Source of the DNA: Terriglobia bacterium
GTDB taxonomy: Bacteria; Acidobacteriota; Terriglobia; JAJPHL01; JAPKYU01
DNA: 64,000 nucleotides
Assembly: GCA_965223005.1 (NCBI GenBank)
Contig: CBDCVK010000002.1
Coordinates: 320,001 to 384,000 of the forward strand
Reading direction: 5' to 3'
Each line of letters begins with the position of its first letter. The first letter of the stretch is position 1. Position numbers and translations under genes: made by a program. Below are positions 58,840 through 64,000 of the stretch, in pieces. The notes under the pieces were generated by a model. That model made no database searches. It saw only the letters and a program-made list of their open reading frames with translations, and was not told the origin of the DNA.

Positions 58840-59009
58840 TTGCACGTCCAAGGTCCGAAGTCAGAAACGAAAAAAGTCCACTGGGTTCCTCTTGGAATCT
58901 AGATCACGGACTTCGGACTCCCTTATGGACCTTGGACTTTGGGCCTCCTTGTGCTAAGAATGACGGCTTGTCTGGTAGCGCGTAAGTTCCAAACGGGAGG
59001 AGCAGTGGA

Positions 59010-59249
59010 ATGGCAGATGTCGAAGAGCGAGTGAAGCAGATCATCGTTGAGCAACTTGGCGTGGATGAGGCCGAGGTCACACCCACGGCATCTTTTGTCG
59101 ACGACCTTGGGGCCGACTCGCTGGACACGGTCGAATTGGTCATGGCTTTTGAGGAGGCGTTCGAGATCGAGATCCCGGACGAGGAGGCGGAGAAAATCCA
59201 GACGGTGAAAAACGCCATTGAATACGTCCAGAAACATGCCAAAAAGTAG
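59010..59249 (+). CDS. acpP: Acyl carrier protein
   Basis: [18 protein letters not shown]; GGAGG SD. Confidence 0.97.
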   Translation: MADVEERVKQIIVEQLGVDEAEVTPTASFVDDLGADSLDTVELVMAFEEAFEIEIPDEEAEKIQTVKNAIEYVQKHAKK

Positions 59250-59353
59250 GTGGCAGCTTTTGGGGTCGGTGGTGGGTTGCCGCCCGGCCAGCGAGGTGCT
59301 GAATTCTAGGGGCCGGCCGCCGGCGAGCAGCACTGTAGGACACTGAGGGGTTC

Positions 59354-60595
59354 ATGGGACGCAGAGTGGTGGTTACCGGAGTGGGTTTGGTTTCCCCGCT
59401 GGGCGTGGGGACGGAGGAAAGCTGGCAGGCCTTGCTGGCGGGCAAGAGCGGGGTCGCGCCCATCACCCACTTCGATGCTTCGCAATTTTCCTGCAGGATC
59501 GCCGCCGAGGTGAAAGGGTTCGACCCGCTACGTTGGATCCCGAAGAAAGAAGTGAAAAAGATGGGCCGCTTCATTCACCTGGCGATCGCGGCCGGGGACT
59601 TCGCCATGGAGATGGCCGGCCTGAAAGTGACTGCAGAAATCGCCGATCGAGTGGGTGTCTACGTCAGCTCCGGGATCGGCGGGTTCGACGTGATCGAACG
59701 GGAGCATGCCGCCCTGCTGGCTGGCGGGCCGCGCAAGATCTCGCCATTCTTCATCCCGGGTTCCATTGTGAATCTGGCCTCGGGCCATATGTCGATTCGC
59801 TACAACGCCCGGGGGCCGAACTCGGCCACTGCCACCGCCTGCTCTGCCAGCGCGCATGCGGCGGGCGATTCGTTCCGCATCATCAGTCACTGCGACGCCG
59901 ACGTGATGATCTGCGGCGGCGCGGAAGCCGCTATCACTCCAATGGGGGTGGGCGGCTTTGCCGCGATGCGCGCCCTCTCGGTGCGCAATGACGAGGCGGA
60001 ACACGCCTCGCGCCCCTTCGACAAGGACCGCGATGGCTTCGTCATCGGCGAAGGTGCCGGCATGCTGGTGCTGGAGGAACTGGAATTCGCGCGGCGCCGG
60101 GGCGCGCGAATCCTGGCTGAAGTGGTGGGTTACGGAATGAGCAGCGACGCCTTCCATATCACCCAACCCTCCGAGAGTGGCGACGGCGCCTACCGCGTCA
60201 TGCGGAACGCGCTGGCCGACGCCCGTGTGGCACCCGACCAGGTGGGCTATATTAACGCCCACGGTACCTCCACACCCTATAACGACAAGCTGGAAACCCT
60301 GGCCATCAAGCGGGCTTTCGGCGAGCACGCCTACAAGCTGGCGGTCAGCTCCACCAAGTCCATGACTGGGCACCTGCTGGGCGGGGCTGGAGGTCTGGAA
60401 GCCGGCATCACCATGCTGGCGCTCCGCGATCAGCTCCTGCCCCCCACGATCAACTATGAGACACCCGACCCGGAGTGCGACCTGGATTACGTCCCGAACA
60501 ACGCTCGGAAGGCCAAGTTCGAGTATGCGCTGACCAACTCATTCGGGTTCGGAGGCACCAACGCCTCCCTCCTGTTCAAACGCTATTCAGGGTAA
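59354..60595 (+). CDS. fabF: 3-oxoacyl-ACP synthase II
   Basis: TACSAS catalytic Cys, [25 protein letters not shown]. Confidence 0.96.
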   Translation: MGRRVVVTGVGLVSPLGVGTEESWQALLAGKSGVAPITHFDASQFSCRIAAEVKGFDPLRWIPKKEVKKMGRFIHLAIAAGDFAMEMAGLKVTAEIADRVGVYVSSGIGGFDVIEREHAALLAGGPRKISPFFIPGSIVNLASGHMSIRYNARGPNSATATACSASAHAAGDSFRIISHCDADVMICGGAEAAITPMGVGGFAAMRALSVRNDEAEHASRPFDKDRDGFVIGEGAGMLVLEELEFARRRGARILAEVVGYGMSSDAFHITQPSESGDGAYRVMRNALADARVAPDQVGYINAHGTSTPYNDKLETLAIKRAFGEHAYKLAVSSTKSMTGHLLGGAGGLEAGITMLALRDQLLPPTINYETPDPECDLDYVPNNARKAKFEYALTNSFGFGGTNASLLFKRYSG

Positions 60596-60607
60596 CGCCG
60601 GGGTTTC

Positions 60608-61399
60608 ATGAAGTTGATCGTCTGCATCAAGCAAGTGCCGGCCCGCGACTCCACTCTCCGCCTGGACGCCGCGCAAACCTGGATCCGCGAGAGCGACATC
60701 AGCTACGAGATCAACGAGCCGGATGCCTACGCTCTGGAAGCTGCCTTGCGCCTGAAGGAGCAGCATGGGGGCGAAGTGGTAGCGATATCGGCAGGTCCGG
60801 CGCGCGTGCTGCAAGTGATCCGCGAGGCTCTGGCCAAGGGTGCCGATCGAGCCATCCACCTGGAGGACGACGCCTTCGTGCAACTCGACGCCTTCAACAC
60901 TGCGCGCCTGCTAGCCACCGGCATGAAGGACGAAGCCTATGACCTGGTATTGGCCGGGTTGCAATCCGACGACTTGGGTTTCGCACAGACGGGTGTCATT
61001 CTGGCCGAACTGCTCGGCGTACCGCACGCCACCATCATCATGGATGTGCAGCCGGCCGAGGGGCGCGTGCGCGTCAAGCGCGAACTTGAGGGAGGTTGGT
61101 TTCAGACGGTGGAGATGCCGCTGCCGGCCGTGCTCACCATTCAGTCGGGGCTGGCCCGGTTGCGCTATGCCACTCTCATGGGAATCAAGAAAGCCAAGAA
61201 CAAGCCGGTCCGCCGCCTCACCAAGGCTAACCTGGGGGCCGACCTGGAGTGGCAGGACGCGGACTGGGGAAACCGGCAGAGCATCCGCCGAGTTTACGTC
61301 CCGCGCAAGACCAAGCAGACCCAATTCCTGGACGGCTCGCCCAAGGAGGTAGCGGTTCAGTTAGTGGAGAAACTGAAATTCGAGGCCCGCGTCTTGTGA
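60608..61399 (+). CDS. etfB: Electron transfer flavoprotein beta subunit
   Basis: VCIKQVP, ALAKGAD, AGLQSDD, RELEGG, RYATLMGIKKAK. Confidence 0.93.
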   Translation: MKLIVCIKQVPARDSTLRLDAAQTWIRESDISYEINEPDAYALEAALRLKEQHGGEVVAISAGPARVLQVIREALAKGADRAIHLEDDAFVQLDAFNTARLLATGMKDEAYDLVLAGLQSDDLGFAQTGVILAELLGVPHATIIMDVQPAEGRVRVKRELEGGWFQTVEMPLPAVLTIQSGLARLRYATLMGIKKAKNKPVRRLTKANLGADLEWQDADWGNRQSIRRVYVPRKTKQTQFLDGSPKEVAVQLVEKLKFEARVL

Positions 61400-61409
61400 G
61401 CAGTTTCCG

Positions 61410-62384
61410 ATGCCAAATGCCATCCTGACGGTCCTTGAGCAGCGGGAGGGCAGGCTGAATCGCATGAGCCTGGAGGCACTGGCGGCAGCCCAGGCCATCG
61501 GCGGGGAGCTGGGTCGGGACTCCGAGGCGGTCGTACCCGGGCAGGGCGGAGCAGGGCTGGCTGTCGAGATCCCGGCCGCCCGCGTCTACACTCTGGAGCA
61601 TCCGCTGCTGGAGCCCTACACGACCGACGCCCATTGCCTGGCATTAAAGCAGGCGGTGGAACAATTGAAGCCTTGGCTGGTGCTGCTGCCGCATACCTAC
61701 CAGGTGCGCGACTTCGCGCCGAAGCTAGCGGCGTCGCTGGGCCGCGGCTTCATCAGCGACTGCATCGGCCACCAGATCCAGGACGGCGAACTGCTGTTTA
61801 CCCGGCAACTGTTTCAGGGCCGCATCAACGCCGACGTGGCCTTCGCTGGCGACCCACCCTATTTCGCCTCCGTTCAGGCAGGGGCCTTCCGCGCCGATCA
61901 GCTTCCCGCCACGACGCCCGCGGTGGAAAAGATCGAGGTGCGGCTCGAGGCTTCCGACATCCGCACCGTCCCCGGCGAACTGTTCCAAGAAGCCAAGCGC
62001 ACGGTGGACCTGAGTCAGGCCGAGGTGATTGTGGCCGTGGGACGGGGCATAAAGGAGAAGGAAAACCTGGCCCTCGCCGAGCAGCTCTGCCAGGTGCTCA
62101 ACGCGGAGCTGGGCGCTTCGCGACCCATTTGTGACAATGGTTGGCTGCCCATGGAGCGGCAGATTGGCAGCTCGGGCCAAACCGTCGCCCCCAAACTGTA
62201 CATCGGCCTGGGCATCTCTGGTGCCATCCAGCACCAGGTGGGCATGAAGAGCTCGCGGACCATCGTTGCAGTCAACAAGGATCGCAACGCTCCCATCTTC
62301 GAGGTGGCCGACTACGGGATCGCCGCCGACCTGTTCACTCTGGTTCCCGCTCTCATTGAGGAAATCAAGAAGGCGAAAGGGTGA
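61410..62384 (+). CDS. etfA: Electron transfer flavoprotein alpha subunit
   Basis: VAVGRG, GASRP, QIGSSGQTVAPKLY, GISGAIQH, AVNKD..APIF. Confidence 0.95.
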   Translation: MPNAILTVLEQREGRLNRMSLEALAAAQAIGGELGRDSEAVVPGQGGAGLAVEIPAARVYTLEHPLLEPYTTDAHCLALKQAVEQLKPWLVLLPHTYQVRDFAPKLAASLGRGFISDCIGHQIQDGELLFTRQLFQGRINADVAFAGDPPYFASVQAGAFRADQLPATTPAVEKIEVRLEASDIRTVPGELFQEAKRTVDLSQAEVIVAVGRGIKEKENLALAEQLCQVLNAELGASRPICDNGWLPMERQIGSSGQTVAPKLYIGLGISGAIQHQVGMKSSRTIVAVNKDRNAPIFEVADYGIAADLFTLVPALIEEIKKAKG

Positions 62385-63796
62385 AACAATTGCCGGTTTC
62401 GAATCGGAGGTCGCGGGTTTTGAAAACCCACACTCCGCGGTCTGGGACTCGAAACTGGCTGAGGATGGTACTGGTCGCCGTCCTGGGCATCGCAATTTGG
62501 CCCGGGCAATACTGTGTCCAAGCAGGTGGACGAGCGGGGGCACAGGCGGGCAATCAGCCCGCAATCGGCAATCCGCAATCGGTAATCGTCCTTCAGGGCG
62601 GGACGCTGTTTGATGGGACCGGCGCGCCACCGCTCGGTGACGCGGTGGTCGTCATTCGTGGCGATCGGATTGTGGCCGTCGGCCGCCGTGGCCAGGTTGC
62701 CACGCCGGCGGGCGCGCGTGTGCTCTCCACGACCGGCCGGACCGTTCTGCCCGGTTTCATTGACTTGCATTTCCATTTCGACCTGCGCCGACACCCCGGC
62801 CTGCCGGTCGCCTTCCTGCTCAACGGCGTCACCACCGTGCGCGACATGGGCAACTGGATCGAGGACGATCAGGAGGTGCTGAAAAAGCTCCGTGCTTACG
62901 GCCTTCCGCTACCCCGCTTCCTGATGTCCGGCCCGCTTCTGGACGGCCCCGACCCCGCTCACCCGCGCGAGGCCATTGTCCTGCTGGATCGGCTGGACGC
63001 CGAGCGCGAGGCCACCCGGCTCATTGATGCCGGAGCCAGCTCACTGAAGGTGTACTTCCGCCTGCCGCTCTCGCTGATGAAGACGGTGATGGAGGTGGCG
63101 CACCGGCGAGGAGTGCACGTTACCGGCCACCTGGAGATTGTGGACGTGCGGGAGGCGGTGAACCTGGGGTTGGACGGCATTGAGCATGTTACTTCGGTGG
63201 GCTTGGCGCTGCTGCCGCCTCCGGAGGCGGAACGCTACAGGCAGGCGGTGCTGAAGAACAACGAGGCACGCCGCAAGGGCCGCTACGATGTTTGGGAAAA
63301 GGTGAATGTCTCCTCGCCGCGGACTCAAGAGCTAATTCGCTTTCTGGTCGCTCGTGGAGTCTACCTGGACCCGACCATTGCCGTGTTCGAGATACCGCGC
63401 CGTTCCCTTGGAGACCGGCAGCCGCGTTCGGTGCGGAACATGGCTGCCTTTGCCGTCGCCTTCCAACGCGCCGGAGGCAGGTTGGTGGTGGGATCGCACG
63501 GCAGCGTGCCTAACGCCGAGACAGGTTTTGCCTTTCACCGGGAACTGGAGGCCTACGTGGAAGCAGGTCTTTCCCCCGCTCAGGCGCTGGTGGCGGCTAC
63601 GCGTGCCGGTGCCGAAGCGCTGCGACTGGATGACGTCGGCACGATCCGACCGGGCAAGGTCGCCGACATCGTGGTGGTCGATGGTGATCCGCTGACCAAC
63701 ATCCGGGACACGCGCAAAATTAAGCTGGTGATCCGCGAGGGCATGGTGTTAGATCGCGCCCAGGTGGCAAGCCGGCTGCGCACCCTGGGAGAATAA
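62381..63796 (+). CDS. Amidohydrolase family protein (probably exported; true start may be further downstream)
   Basis: PGFIDLHFH, NGVTTVRDMG, LKVY, VTGH, GIEH, GTIRPGKVADIVV. Confidence 0.85.
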   Translation: MKQLPVSNRRSRVLKTHTPRSGTRNWLRMVLVAVLGIAIWPGQYCVQAGGRAGAQAGNQPAIGNPQSVIVLQGGTLFDGTGAPPLGDAVVVIRGDRIVAVGRRGQVATPAGARVLSTTGRTVLPGFIDLHFHFDLRRHPGLPVAFLLNGVTTVRDMGNWIEDDQEVLKKLRAYGLPLPRFLMSGPLLDGPDPAHPREAIVLLDRLDAEREATRLIDAGASSLKVYFRLPLSLMKTVMEVAHRRGVHVTGHLEIVDVREAVNLGLDGIEHVTSVGLALLPPPEAERYRQAVLKNNEARRKGRYDVWEKVNVSSPRTQELIRFLVARGVYLDPTIAVFEIPRRSLGDRQPRSVRNMAAFAVAFQRAGGRLVVGSHGSVPNAETGFAFHRELEAYVEAGLSPAQALVAATRAGAEALRLDDVGTIRPGKVADIVVVDGDPLTNIRDTRKIKLVIREGMVLDRAQVASRLRTLGE

Positions 63797-63862
63797 CTGG
63801 GTTAGGCCGGGAGATTGCGAACAAGAGATCCGCAATCCCCAATCCGTATTTGAAATTCTTTC

Positions 63863-64000
63863 ATGCCCCCGCGAGAAGTCCTGGAAGCCGACGTGGTGAT
63901 CGTTGGGGCTGGCCCGGCGGGGCTGGCCTGTGCCCTACGCCTGGCCCAGCGGGCCGCGGCGCAGCCCGGCACGCTCAATCTGGAAAACGTCTACGTGCTG
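63863..64000 (+). CDS. ETF-ubiquinone oxidoreductase / FixC-like flavoprotein, N-terminal fragment
   Basis: MPPREVLEADVVIVGAGPAGLACALRLAQ...VYVL; downstream of etfBA; runs off the window end. Confidence 0.8.
   Translation, partial: MPPREVLEADVVIVGAGPAGLACALRLAQRAAAQPGTLNLENVYVL

Overview
GC-rich bacterial chromosome segment. Gene content and protein style suggest Acidobacteriota, which is an inference. It is mostly housekeeping: sodA, ndh, guaB, hfq-hflX, pgsA, aroDE-trpE-trpG/trpD, sucCD-ndk-xseA, efp, mutS2, selB, purB, alaS, recX, pilT, icd/leuB family, fadD, metE, yceD-rpmF-fabD-fabG-acpP-fabF and etfBA-ETF-QO. No rRNA, tRNA, CRISPR array or mobile element was recognised. The main finding is a gene the ORF track breaks up (42342..42875, minus). 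It encodes a signal-peptide-bearing heavy-metal-associated (HMA; MerP/CopZ-like) protein in which both cysteines of the GMxCxxC motif are in-frame TGA codons (GMV-U-PL-U-A). Two SECIS-like hairpins follow, and selB lies in the same window. The gene ends a tightly coupled operon (outer-membrane beta-barrel, NHL-repeat lipoprotein, UxxU HMA protein) followed by arsC, a candidate selenium-based periplasmic metal(loid) handling system. Other points: an EF-P with a non-canonical PGNKR tip upstream of a deoxyhypusine-synthase-like gene, an MBL hydrolase frameshifted at a T9 tract, hflX with no ATG/GTG/TTG start, an orphan gvpL/F, a phosphoesterase-TolB fusion, and several families of short intergenic repeats.
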